Part shown: piece after piece, positions 26,751 through 37,189 of the stretch
How the letters are laid out: every line of letters starts with the position of its first letter
Numbering within the stretch: the stretch's first letter is position 1
NCBI GenBank assembly: GCA_002502625.1
Contig: DAPV01000022.1
Coordinates: forward strand, 1-60,858
Source: Euryarchaeota archaeon UBA125
GTDB lineage: Archaea > Thermoplasmatota > Poseidoniia > Poseidoniales > Thalassarchaeaceae
Direction: 5' to 3'
Length of the DNA: 60,858 nt
The notes under the pieces: generated by a model
What the model saw: only the letters and a program-made list of their open reading frames with translations
Databases searched by the model: none
Told to the model about the DNA's origin: nothing
Position numbers and translations under genes: made by a program

Positions 26751-28091
26751 ATGTTCAACCGGGTGTTGATTGCGAACAGAGGTGAAATCGCCCTCCGAAT
26801 AGGTCGTGCGTTGCGTTCTTTGGGGGTAGAAGTTTGCATGATTCATGGTCGAGAAGATCGGCTTTCTACTCCAGTACGTTTTTCTGATGATTCTCGACCA
26901 ATTTTACGTTCAAATCCCCTTGATTCATATTTGGATATTGAGGCAGTAATAGATGCTGCTAAGTCAATGGGCGTTGATGCAATACATCCCGGATATGGTT
27001 TTTTAGCAGAAAATGCAGATTTTGTTCGTAGATTAGAAGAAGAAGAAATCACGTTCATTGGCCCCTCTTCTGATGTTATTCGATTACTAGGAGATAAAAT
27101 TGAAGCCCGAAAGGCGATGGAAGCAGCTGGACTTCCTGTAGCTAAAGGAAGCAGTGAATCGGTTTCATCTGCTGATGAAGCAGTATCTCTTGCCTCAGAG
27201 ATAGGTTATCCTGTGATTATCAAAGCAGCAGCAGGAGGGGGCGGAATTGGAATGCAAATTGTCCATGATTCATCTGAATTTTCATCTGCTTTGAATTTGT
27301 GCCAATCTAGAGCAAGAAGTGCATTTGGTGATGACCGAGTTTTTGTTGAGAAGTATATTGAAGGAGCACAACATATTGAATTTCAAGTTCTTGCAGATGG
27401 TAAGAATGCTATTCATTTTGGAGAAAGATTCTGCAGTATTCAGAGAAGGCATCAGAAATTGTTGGAAGAAGGGCCTTGGCTTTCAGATGAAGTCCGTTCA
27501 GAAATTGGATCAAAAGTATGCGCTGGGGCTGAAGCAGTCGGGTATCGTGGCTTAGCTACTTTTGAATTTCTTAGAGATTCAAATGGTGATTTCTATTTCT
27601 TAGAAGTAAACCCTAGAGTGCAAGTAGAGCATACAGTCACAGAGATGATTACGGGAGAAGATATGGTCCAACTTGGGATTCGTGTCGCTGCGGGAGAGTC
27701 TCTTCCTTTGACTCAAGAGGATGTGAAATTTAATGGTCATGCGATTCAATTTAGAATAAATGCCGAAGACCCTAGAAAATTTGTTCCCTCACCCGGAAAA
27801 CTGTGGGAATGTCATTTTCCAGGAGGTGTAGGAGTTCGGGTAGATACACATGCTCATGTTGGCTATGATATGCCTGGATGTTTTGATTCATTACTCGCTA
27901 AGATGATTGTATGGGGGAAGGATAGAAATGAAGCCATTGCTCGAAGTAGAGCCGCATTAGCTGAGACAGTAATCATTGGAGTAGATACTGTAATTCCCTT
28001 ACATCGTGCAATACTAGATGAGAGAGATTTTTTGGATAGAAGGGTGACTATTCGTTATTTAGAAAATCACCCGAGTATACTTGAAGATTAA
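26751..28091 (+). CDS. accC: biotin carboxylase subunit of an acyl-CoA carboxylase
   Basis: MFNRVLIANRGEIALRI, ATP-grasp GYPVIIKAAAGGGGIGM, FLEVNPRVQVEH and AEDP. No BCCP or carboxyltransferase gene is adjacent. Confidence 0.92.
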   Translation: MFNRVLIANRGEIALRIGRALRSLGVEVCMIHGREDRLSTPVRFSDDSRPILRSNPLDSYLDIEAVIDAAKSMGVDAIHPGYGFLAENADFVRRLEEEEITFIGPSSDVIRLLGDKIEARKAMEAAGLPVAKGSSESVSSADEAVSLASEIGYPVIIKAAAGGGGIGMQIVHDSSEFSSALNLCQSRARSAFGDDRVFVEKYIEGAQHIEFQVLADGKNAIHFGERFCSIQRRHQKLLEEGPWLSDEVRSEIGSKVCAGAEAVGYRGLATFEFLRDSNGDFYFLEVNPRVQVEHTVTEMITGEDMVQLGIRVAAGESLPLTQEDVKFNGHAIQFRINAEDPRKFVPSPGKLWECHFPGGVGVRVDTHAHVGYDMPGCFDSLLAKMIVWGKDRNEAIARSRAALAETVIIGVDTVIPLHRAILDERDFLDRRVTIRYLENHPSILED

Positions 28092-28095
28092 TTTG

Positions 28096-29706
28096 TTATC
28101 CAAGTCTCCTCATACCAGGATATTGACTATTATCCTCCGAATTTTTTGTCGGATTCATGTCTTCTAATTTTAACAAATTTGTATCAGTGAAAGTTTCACG
28201 TTCGGAGATTTTTGTTGTAATTGATTCCATTGCTGCCGAGTATCCATCTCCTCTTTTTTCTCCTCCAGAATTTCTTGATGTTGCCTCAATGGCAAGAGAA
28301 GATCTTTGCGCTTGATGATCTTGATCACTTCTAAGACGTAGTAGCCCCATAGCTCTCCTAGATGCTCTCTGAGGATTGAAAGATCTTAGTAAATTGATAA
28401 CTGTACTTGATCTAGATGTTGTTGGTTGTTTGATTACTAATCTTGATTGATGGTCAGGCCGTCTTAACATTCTAGAAAAACTTGGATATTCTTTCAATTC
28501 ATTTGGTATTTCATCTTTAGAATCTTGAGATATTAATTCTGCTTCTACAATTTCATTCTTCTTAGCGTCTGCAACTAGTCCTGAAGATCTGCACTCTTCT
28601 CTTACTGCTTCTGAAGTTGGGGGCGGGAGAATCGATGATGGTAGAGCAAATTGGTCTTGTGCTTGACGAATAAGTTGCATACTGCTTAGTGGTCTTGTGG
28701 GAACTGGAAGATGCCTTTCTTCTTGTAGATTTAACGATGTAACTTCTGCATACGTTTTTTGTGCTAATTCAAGATCTTCTTGAATAGATGGCCGTCCATA
28801 ATTGGATGCTACAGGTGTACTTTCTTTTTCTTCCATTGAACCAAATAAATCTCCGAAAATCCCTCCATCAGAAATTGCACTTTGTTCATTATAATCAGGA
28901 GCATCAAAGGCATTTGAAGCATTTCTGAATTCTTCATTTGTACTGGCTAATGCTACATTCGACCTTTCTCTATGTGCTGAACCAAAAATCCCCGTTTCAG
29001 GCATTTTATCAGTAGATTCTTGCGTAGAAAATGTGGGATTAGGTAAATCAAATAATGTTGCGTCGAAAGAGAAATCATTTTTGTTAAATGCCTGAACCTC
29101 TGAACCTTCATTACTAATGTCTCTAAATCCTCCTATTCCTGTATGAGTTGCCAATGCCTTTGCAAGATCCATTTCATTATTCATTCTAGACACGAATTCA
29201 TCATGAAGCGATGGTTCTAATGTTGAATCAACTCTTATCTCTGCTCTTGTTTCTGAAAGAGATAACCCATCCAGCATCATTTCCAAGAATTGATTTAGAC
29301 GAATTAAATTCTCTGTACGGCCAAGTATTCTATATCTTTCTCCGTTTTTTGTATCAATGATTAGTTGATCTTTTCTATAGCCAAGCCAAATTAAGATTAC
29401 AGCACCCGAAATTACTATGGGATAAATTTTGAAACCTTGTGGGGCAAGTCTGATTCCATAAATCAATAATAGCATTGAGAAAACAGCCCACCCCCATGGA
29501 ATAGCTGCTTTTGACGTTATTCTGATAGATTCTAATGCACTCAGATTCAGTCTTATTCCCCTTCCATCTGAACGAGATAATTTCAGTCCATCATCTGAAA
29601 TTGTAGTGCGAAATCGCCCTTCGTTACCGACCAGCCGAAGAGAGCCGAAAGATTCGGCATCATCCTCTTCTGGTCGGACCCTCATGGGTCCGTCTTCAGA
29701 GTGCAT
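28096..29706 (-). CDS. membrane protein with bPH-like N-terminal module and long low-complexity tail
   Basis: Two TM helices (WGWAVFSMLLLIYGI / IYPIVISGAVILIWLGY) are bracketed by short beta-rich segments. About 380 aa of S/E/N-rich sequence follow. No motif recognised. Confidence 0.45.
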   Translation of the reverse strand: MHSEDGPMRVRPEEDDAESFGSLRLVGNEGRFRTTISDDGLKLSRSDGRGIRLNLSALESIRITSKAAIPWGWAVFSMLLLIYGIRLAPQGFKIYPIVISGAVILIWLGYRKDQLIIDTKNGERYRILGRTENLIRLNQFLEMMLDGLSLSETRAEIRVDSTLEPSLHDEFVSRMNNEMDLAKALATHTGIGGFRDISNEGSEVQAFNKNDFSFDATLFDLPNPTFSTQESTDKMPETGIFGSAHRERSNVALASTNEEFRNASNAFDAPDYNEQSAISDGGIFGDLFGSMEEKESTPVASNYGRPSIQEDLELAQKTYAEVTSLNLQEERHLPVPTRPLSSMQLIRQAQDQFALPSSILPPPTSEAVREECRSSGLVADAKKNEIVEAELISQDSKDEIPNELKEYPSFSRMLRRPDHQSRLVIKQPTTSRSSTVINLLRSFNPQRASRRAMGLLRLRSDQDHQAQRSSLAIEATSRNSGGEKRGDGYSAAMESITTKISERETFTDTNLLKLEDMNPTKNSEDNSQYPGMRRLG

Positions 29707-29795
29707 CCAGAAGGAAGATGTTCACTTTTGACTTAAACATTTTATCATTTTCACTTGAAAATTGGTTAGTTTCTCAAATCATTCTAATTTGCCGA

Positions 29796-30797
29796 TTATT
29801 CTTTTTTCATATTAATAGCATATCCTAATATTCTCATAGGAGCAGAGTCTAATTGACTAAGAACTACTCTTCTGTCAGAATTTTCTCTGATTATAATTGG
29901 AGAATCCCATTCGATTATAATTTTATCATTATCAAGATCCTTTACTCGTCCAACTACAAATTGTAAATCTGTAGATGCATGAATCACCATCCCGATTTCG
30001 ATATTTCTTTTTTGAAATGGTGCTCTGATAAAATTTAGAGAACTTGAGTTATGAGTTTCAAACATGTCTTCATCACCACTTTTTGAAATGAGAACTCCTC
30101 TCTCCAGAGATCCTTCTTTCATATTTCTAATCGCAACTCCAACTCTATCTCCTGAATTTGCAATATCAACATCAACATCCATTACTTGAAGAGAACGAAT
30201 TACTCCTGAATATCCTCCTGGAGTCACAATAATATTGTCGTGTTTTTTGATTGAACCACTCTGAACTGTCCCTATAGCTACTAAACCAACACCTTTGACA
30301 TTGAAATGTTGATCAACAGGTACGCATGACTTTTTTGCAGATCTTTGGCTACGAACTTCATTGAGGTCATCAAGAAAATTCCATGCGATTTCTTTTATCT
30401 GATGAGGGTCAAATTGCTCATTGATTTTCCATGATTTCAATCCTGCTTGTTCTAGAATTGTTTTGATCTGTTCTGGGTCAACCCAACCTCCTTCTTCAGG
30501 GTTAATTACGACTAATCCTCTTTCGATTCCTGCAATACTTGATGCTACTAAGACTTCACCAATTGAAGCATCTACCTTCTTTATTTCGATTATTGCAGCA
30601 TCGGCGATATCCAAACTTCCAAGTAACGGTCTCATTTTCTCAGGATGTTTCCTCGGTCTTAGGAAAGTAAGAGCATCTTGTACATCTCCTCTTTGTTCTT
30701 TGTAAATATATGATTCAACATCTCTGTCATCTGTTTTTTTACCTAATTCTCTAGCAAATGATTCGTCTGAGAAGCACAAGATATTCAAGACAGACAT
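29796..30797 (-). CDS. EF-Tu/SelB-like protein with degenerate G domain
   Basis: EF-Tu domain-2-like barrel (NVKGVGLVAIGTVQSGSIKKHDNIIV...GDRVGVAIRNM). The N-terminal domain lacks GxxxxGK(S/T), DxxG and NKxD. Confidence 0.55.
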   Translation of the reverse strand: MSVLNILCFSDESFARELGKKTDDRDVESYIYKEQRGDVQDALTFLRPRKHPEKMRPLLGSLDIADAAIIEIKKVDASIGEVLVASSIAGIERGLVVINPEEGGWVDPEQIKTILEQAGLKSWKINEQFDPHQIKEIAWNFLDDLNEVRSQRSAKKSCVPVDQHFNVKGVGLVAIGTVQSGSIKKHDNIIVTPGGYSGVIRSLQVMDVDVDIANSGDRVGVAIRNMKEGSLERGVLISKSGDEDMFETHNSSSLNFIRAPFQKRNIEIGMVIHASTDLQFVVGRVKDLDNDKIIIEWDSPIIIRENSDRRVVLSQLDSAPMRILGYAINMKKE

Positions 30798-30824
30798 TTT
30801 TTCACATCAGTAAATCAATAGTTT

Positions 30825-31283
30825 TCAATCCGAACGCTTCATTGCATTTCTAGCATCATCGGCACGTTTCCATAATTTCTCTTCTTCTTCCGAAGATGGA
30901 GCGAATTGAGGGATTGGAATTGGTCTCATTTGCGAATCAATTGCGACCATAAAAAAGAATCCTTCACATATTTCTTCTCGTTCCCATTCACTTCGATTTA
31001 ACCTTCGTGCAATAACATGCACTCCAGCAGTATGTGTGCTTGTGTGGACGACTTTTGCCGTTGTTTCTATCAAATCACCTTGGAAAGCAGGTCTTTTGAA
31101 TTTTAAAGCGTCTATAGAGACTGTAACAAATTCTCTATGAGCAAATTTACTCGAGACCATTCCGGCAGCAGTATCCATAATGCTTAGTAGTCTTCCTCCA
31201 AATAATGTATTATACGAATTAGTATGTTGCGGAAAAACCTCATCCATTTTGGTGACTGGTTCGGTGGAATATGGCCCCTTCAT
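30825..31283 (-). CDS. hotdog-fold acyl-CoA thioesterase (YciA/ACOT-like)
   Basis: FPQHTNSYNTLFGGRLLSIMDTAAG is characteristic of the acyl-CoA hydrolase family. Confidence 0.8.
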   Translation of the reverse strand: MKGPYSTEPVTKMDEVFPQHTNSYNTLFGGRLLSIMDTAAGMVSSKFAHREFVTVSIDALKFKRPAFQGDLIETTAKVVHTSTHTAGVHVIARRLNRSEWEREEICEGFFFMVAIDSQMRPIPIPQFAPSSEEEEKLWKRADDARNAMKRSD

Positions 31284-31452
31284 TGTTACTCCGTCGTAGC
31301 CCCTCTCATTTCAATAAAGCCATAATTAGGGTGATAGAATTGAGTTTATTGATTGATTTAGTATATCCAAATTTTATGCTCGAAGATGAGTGGTGTTTTA
31401 AGTCAACGAAACGTCCACAGTATACCCACCGTACGGTGAGGAGTGACAGAAA

Positions 31453-34400
31453 ATGAATGGAACGAACAGAACCCAACGCACGCTGGCGATTTTTATTACC
31501 GTGTTAATGCTGACAATGGGATTGGCTCAGGCCGCCTCGGTGAATAGTTATTCTAACGGTCAATCAAGTGTTGATATTTCTCTAGATGATCCGTCGACAT
31601 ATACTGATTCAGTATCCGGATCAATTAGTTTACCCGAGGGAGAAACTGTAAACGCTGCTGCCATGGTTGTTTCTACAGATTCTGTAAATTATGGATATGC
31701 TGAACGCTATGACGCATTTTCAACTAGTTATGGGGCATTCTTGTGGAATCCATTGTACAATGGTGGATTCACTCAATATTCCTCTACAAGTGATTTCACT
31801 GAAGATGAATCCACTCTGTCTCTCTTTTCTCTAGGGTACAATGAAGATTTTGAAAGTCCAGTAAATTTCAATGTTGGACCTCCGATAAACGGTATGCCTG
31901 AAAATAACTGGGAAATCGGACAAGTAGAGAACGGTTTTCCAATCAACCGTTGCGGGTCAGGAGACAGTTGTTATGGTACAGACTTTGATAGTGTTGATTA
32001 CCGCTCGTCAATGGGTGAATATCAATACGAATTAACAACTGAATCTGAGTATGTTTGGGCTGGGAAATCTTCCGCATCATTCATGTCTTTCCATAATCTG
32101 TATTACAGAAGTGCAGGTGCTGGTACTAATGTATACTACGAAGATTGTGCTTACGTAATGATTCAGTCTTCGACGGATGGGTCCTCTTGGGGCCAATTTG
32201 AATTCTTACCACTGGATTTATCCAATACATCTGGAATATCTGGAGGAAATGGAATTTATCAGCGCGGAACATCTGTTAATCAGGTTACTACAAAGTGTAA
32301 CAAAGAAACATTCCCAACAGGTGCTAGCCTGATTGGAGGTACTTCTAACAATTCACAAACTGCAAGTACTGCAGGATGGGCAAATGTAGGGCTTGATCTT
32401 TCTAGCTACGAGGGCGAATATGTTCGATTGAAGTTTGTATTAGAAAAGAACGATGTTTCAGATCCACCTGTAAGCCCGGAATTACAAGGATGGTACATAG
32501 ATGCACTTCGAATTGGAGATCCATTACCTCAATCTGGAAGTGTAACTTTCCGTACTTTCTCTAGTAGTTCAACATCGGGAACAAATTCTCCTAATGGTTT
32601 TGGATTCCTTAATTTGGATGCTACAGTCCCTGGTGATGGTTCATTGACAATAGATGTTTTACAGCCGGGAAGTAATAATATTATTTCAGATAGAAATGGA
32701 AATACTCTTTCAGGGCTTTCTGGTTCTATCATTGAATTATGGGATATTGACACAGATACTACTCCTTCCATAGATCTTCGGTTTAATTTCAATTCAGGAA
32801 TCAATCAGTTGAATTCTCCTGAACTATTTAGCTTCAACATTGGCACTCGTTTTAGCTTTGGCTTCAATGCAACAATGGGTATTGAACAATCAAATGGTAT
32901 GATGATGCCAGGTAAATGGGTCAGTTCTCCTGTAACAGATTCTTATGCAGGAGTAATTCCTCTGTGGCAAGATTCTTCATTCTCTCCACCATTAACAAGG
33001 CTTGGATTTACAAAGACAGTCACTGCAATCAAACCATATGTAACTGATGACTGTCCAGATGGAACCGCTTCGATTCAGATTATTGCCAATAATCCTCTAG
33101 CAATTCCTGGTCCTATGCCTATGACTACAGTATCGAATAATACTCGATATGAGTTCTCTGCTGGAGTTCAAGGCTTTGGGATTCGAGCAAACTATTCTAG
33201 CGTTCAATGCGAATTAACTGGAATACATGCGGATTTAGAATTTGCTCATTATGCATCTGGAGTTTCGTTGGATGTTGCAGGAGATGGTGATATTGAATGG
33301 GGCATGTTAGAATCTGCTTTTGGTGCGTTTGGTGAACAAACTAAGTTCCGCACTGGAACTGTAGATGGTGAAAATATTGGTTCATCATCATCCACTGTCA
33401 CTCTTACGGCAGGAGGAGTGGGTCAAGGTGCCACATTCATGCTTCCTAGAGGTGCTGATGTTTCCAATGCATTAATTGGATTTGAGAATAACCAAATTGA
33501 AGATGCGACGATATATGTTGCAGCAGCAGCTCAAGAAATAATGATTGCAGATATTCAGGACTACACTGAATACGTTCCCGGATTGGTGGTTAACGAATTT
33601 GGAGATTTAGAATCTGCATTGAACACTCTTCTAGACTATGATGAAACTGTAGTTCCATCTTCATGGGAAGATGATTTTGGTAATGAATGGATTCTTTTCA
33701 GAATGAAGGTTGAGAGTAGTACTGCTACCATTGGTTCTACCATTACCTTCAGAGATTTGTTAATCAATTATGATTGGCAAAGAGTAATTTCAGATGGTAA
33801 TAATTTGGCACGTGAATTATCTCAAGGTGTTGCTATGGGCAACGCAGTTGGCGGCAGTGTTGATGTTCCAATGAAATGGTCTTCTGAGACAGGAGGTGGA
33901 ATCTCTCTTGGACAATTGAGCATTACTACTAGTACCGGCCATTCAAGTACGATTTCTCTCACAAATGGTTTCTCTGGATTATATGATGATGGTAATATCT
34001 ACGAGATTGTAACAACTCATGAAGTAACTAGTCAAGGACAGAACCTTGCCGGAGCATCTCTCTTGATGGAAACTTCGAGAGGTAATATTGAGTTACAATA
34101 TACCTCCTCTAACGATACATTTTGGGAAGTATCAGATCCGGTTGATGGTATATCATTAGCAGTAAGTGTAACTTCTGGTACTTCTCCTATGCAAATTAAC
34201 TGGAGATTCAGAGTCTCATCTGATTGGGATGATACTGCCTTTGTTCAGATATATACTTCTTCAATTAGCGATACTGGTATTGTAGGTTTACCAGCGGCTT
34301 CTTCATTACAACCCAGTATTGGAAATGCAGTTGAGAATGATGCCAGCATTACTGACTTTAGAGTATACAATCAAGCAAATATTGAACAGACCGATCTTAA

Positions 34401-37182
34401 CGATGTAAAGAGTAGTCAGACTCTAGTACTCACTGGAAAGGTACGTTTCCAAGATATTGATGTTTCTCCAGATCCATCTAATTATTTCCTTGTTCTTGAA
34501 GAATTAAACACATCAAATACTCAGACTGAAGAATGGTTGGAGGTAGATAGAGTAGGAGGGACAGTTGGAGGAGATTTCACTTGGTCTCCAACTTTACCAA
34601 CTCAGACTGCAGGGTCTAAGACCTATCGATTTAGAATGGCTAATTTCACCGGAGGTGACCAATTATGTCCTCCAGTAAGTTACAATCCAGATATGGATTG
34701 TGCAATTAGAATGCAAGTTTCAATGGACCCATTACCTCCTCAATTGGTGAATATCAGTGTGATGGATGGTTCTACATGGCGAGATTTAGGGGACAATACT
34801 TGGATTCCTGCAAGAAATTGTCAAACGTTCAGAATCGTTGTTCGAGATAATCCTATTGCTCCAGATACACTTTTCCTGAATTATTGGGTTGAGAAAGATC
34901 ATGACACTAACCTTGATCGAATTGCAGATATTGGAGAATACGCTCAGGTGCCTTTAGTTCGTCAAACTATGAGTAATGAATCGGTATATATGATTGATAA
35001 TCAAGGAACTCAATGTATTAGCGATATTGCTAATCAGGGATTAATGAATAGTCCATTAGTCAGCCTGTTCGTTTCTGGCACTGATGTTGGGGGTAATTCA
35101 GTAACGAGTTCAGGTTCACCTGGTATCCCATTTGATTTGGTAACTTACCAAGCCATGGCTTCTGTTCAAGCTAGTGTAACATCATTCAGAATTCAGGATG
35201 GATTTGGAACCGAATTAACCAGTGCTAATACGACAATGTATGGTGGAAATGTATACCATCTAAGAGTTAGGGGGTCAGATGGAAATGGTTGGGGCGATTT
35301 AGCCCAAGTTCGAATCAATTTGAATCCAATTGTTTCTGGAGATATGGTCATCAATTATTGGCCTGCAAATGATACGGCTTGGACCGATTCTGATTGGATC
35401 ACTATTTTGGATTTTGAAACCGATGGAGTTGGCCCTGAAATGCGTAGATTAGATGGAGGAGTTCTAATTGATCCGTTTGAAACTGACTTCGTTTTGGATA
35501 TTCCAGTAGTTCTTGCTTGGTCAATTTCCACTGTTCCAGGAATTGTAACACCTCAAGTTGAGGTAACAGACTTTGATCCTAATAACGGTGGATGGACAAC
35601 AATCTCATCACAAGCAGGTAATTACAACCAGAGATGGAAGTATTCAGATAGTTTCAAACTTGATAGATCTACATTTTCAGTAGAAGATACGATTGGTTTC
35701 ATTACTCCTGATGTAGGGGATAGAGAAGCTGGCTTCGTTTATCCCGGAGACATGCTCAGAATTAGTGGACAGTATGCTTTCTCAGAACGGTTATCAGATG
35801 GAATAATTATCAATCCTCAGATTCCTCTCATTCTTCGAATAGAACGTCAAGAAGTACAGCCTGATGGGGAAAGAGGATTCTTCTATGCTCCGTCGCAAGT
35901 CTATGATTATCCATTTGATAATGGTACATTTGACATATTGCACCCTGCTCCTACTCAGTCAAATGCATTTACTTTCACGTTCTCATTGATTGGATTACCT
36001 TCTGGTGCTACTGATGGAACTTCCCCTGTTGACAGTATATTTTACGTCAATGTCGATAGCGAAGCACCAAGTGCTGCTAATACTGGTTCATGGGAAATAA
36101 CAGATGAAAATTCTGAGGAAATTGGACCTGGAATTATTTCTTCAACTCAATTTGATTGTATTTCTGTGAAGGCATTTATTCAAGAACGACAAAAATTGCA
36201 AGAAGGAGATGTACTTCTGAACTGGATGTATTTTAAGGATGGAGGAAATTGGACTGAATTCTATCAAGCGTTCCCAGGAATTTCACATTTCAGTATTCCA
36301 ATGGATTTGGATATTAATGCTGATCCGATTCGAGCGTCTGTTAACTGTATAAATCTCTGGAATGCAACTTTGCCAAGCGACCTCACTGGCGTCGAACTTC
36401 GGTTTTGGATATCGGGAACTGATTCTGCTGGAAATGTGATTTCAGGGGCAGGGAATTATCAGAGTGGATTCGATGGAGGAGTTTTCGAATTAAGATATGA
36501 ATCTGCGAGTTTTGAAGTCAAGAATCTACTGCTTTCTGATATCACTCCTGCAGTTGGAGAAAGTATAGATTTGATTGCTTCAGTCACAAACAATGGAAAC
36601 AAGGCAGGTTACTTTACTTGCAAAGTTGTTACAGTAGTTGGAGGGCAAGTACAATCTTCTAGAGACATAACTACTCCGATAGAGATTCAACCTTTAGAAG
36701 AATATTCTTGGAGAATTGAAATGGGTGATTTCGCTACACCTCAGGTTAATGTGAAGTATCAAATTGTGAACAATGATACAGGAGATGTAATCGCAGAATC
36801 AACCACCTTCCCGGTAACAGCAGAATCAGATAATAGTGCAGGGTTTGATGCAGCAACAATTGGTTTGATTGCTTTATTAGCAATTTTATTGATATCAGTT
36901 GTTGTGGGTATTCTAGTGTTTGTTCGAAAAGGTAGTGACGAAGATGATGATTTCATAGAAGATGATGATTTCTTGCCAAGTGGAGAAGCAGTTTCTCCTT
37001 TGAAATCACGTTCACCTCCATCAAGAGGTCCACCATCTCGTGGTCCTCCTAAGGAAGAGACTGAGATGGAAAAGGCTCTACGAGAATTTACATTCTGGGA
37101 TGAAAACACCATTCAGGGATATTTCGATATGGGTTGGTCTATTGATCAGTTACGAGATTGGTTAGCCGAGCAGAATCAGTGA
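31453..37182 (+). CDS. giant (1909 aa) cell-surface protein with signal peptide and C-terminal TM anchor
   Basis: N-terminus RTLAIFITVLMLTMGLAQA|AS. The body is S/T/N/G/D-rich and beta-rich. C-terminal helix IGLIALLAILLISVVVGILVFV is followed by an acidic and PPSRGPPSRGPP tail. Strong GGTGAGGAG SD site. Confidence 0.8.
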   Translation: MNGTNRTQRTLAIFITVLMLTMGLAQAASVNSYSNGQSSVDISLDDPSTYTDSVSGSISLPEGETVNAAAMVVSTDSVNYGYAERYDAFSTSYGAFLWNPLYNGGFTQYSSTSDFTEDESTLSLFSLGYNEDFESPVNFNVGPPINGMPENNWEIGQVENGFPINRCGSGDSCYGTDFDSVDYRSSMGEYQYELTTESEYVWAGKSSASFMSFHNLYYRSAGAGTNVYYEDCAYVMIQSSTDGSSWGQFEFLPLDLSNTSGISGGNGIYQRGTSVNQVTTKCNKETFPTGASLIGGTSNNSQTASTAGWANVGLDLSSYEGEYVRLKFVLEKNDVSDPPVSPELQGWYIDALRIGDPLPQSGSVTFRTFSSSSTSGTNSPNGFGFLNLDATVPGDGSLTIDVLQPGSNNIISDRNGNTLSGLSGSIIELWDIDTDTTPSIDLRFNFNSGINQLNSPELFSFNIGTRFSFGFNATMGIEQSNGMMMPGKWVSSPVTDSYAGVIPLWQDSSFSPPLTRLGFTKTVTAIKPYVTDDCPDGTASIQIIANNPLAIPGPMPMTTVSNNTRYEFSAGVQGFGIRANYSSVQCELTGIHADLEFAHYASGVSLDVAGDGDIEWGMLESAFGAFGEQTKFRTGTVDGENIGSSSSTVTLTAGGVGQGATFMLPRGADVSNALIGFENNQIEDATIYVAAAAQEIMIADIQDYTEYVPGLVVNEFGDLESALNTLLDYDETVVPSSWEDDFGNEWILFRMKVESSTATIGSTITFRDLLINYDWQRVISDGNNLARELSQGVAMGNAVGGSVDVPMKWSSETGGGISLGQLSITTSTGHSSTISLTNGFSGLYDDGNIYEIVTTHEVTSQGQNLAGASLLMETSRGNIELQYTSSNDTFWEVSDPVDGISLAVSVTSGTSPMQINWRFRVSSDWDDTAFVQIYTSSISDTGIVGLPAASSLQPSIGNAVENDASITDFRVYNQANIEQTDLNDVKSSQTLVLTGKVRFQDIDVSPDPSNYFLVLEELNTSNTQTEEWLEVDRVGGTVGGDFTWSPTLPTQTAGSKTYRFRMANFTGGDQLCPPVSYNPDMDCAIRMQVSMDPLPPQLVNISVMDGSTWRDLGDNTWIPARNCQTFRIVVRDNPIAPDTLFLNYWVEKDHDTNLDRIADIGEYAQVPLVRQTMSNESVYMIDNQGTQCISDIANQGLMNSPLVSLFVSGTDVGGNSVTSSGSPGIPFDLVTYQAMASVQASVTSFRIQDGFGTELTSANTTMYGGNVYHLRVRGSDGNGWGDLAQVRINLNPIVSGDMVINYWPANDTAWTDSDWITILDFETDGVGPEMRRLDGGVLIDPFETDFVLDIPVVLAWSISTVPGIVTPQVEVTDFDPNNGGWTTISSQAGNYNQRWKYSDSFKLDRSTFSVEDTIGFITPDVGDREAGFVYPGDMLRISGQYAFSERLSDGIIINPQIPLILRIERQEVQPDGERGFFYAPSQVYDYPFDNGTFDILHPAPTQSNAFTFTFSLIGLPSGATDGTSPVDSIFYVNVDSEAPSAANTGSWEITDENSEEIGPGIISSTQFDCISVKAFIQERQKLQEGDVLLNWMYFKDGGNWTEFYQAFPGISHFSIPMDLDINADPIRASVNCINLWNATLPSDLTGVELRFWISGTDSAGNVISGAGNYQSGFDGGVFELRYESASFEVKNLLLSDITPAVGESIDLIASVTNNGNKAGYFTCKVVTVVGGQVQSSRDITTPIEIQPLEEYSWRIEMGDFATPQVNVKYQIVNNDTGDVIAESTTFPVTAESDNSAGFDAATIGLIALLAILLISVVVGILVFVRKGSDEDDDFIEDDDFLPSGEAVSPLKSRSPPSRGPPSRGPPKEETEMEKALREFTFWDENTIQGYFDMGWSIDQLRDWLAEQNQ

Positions 37183-37189
37183 GCATTGT

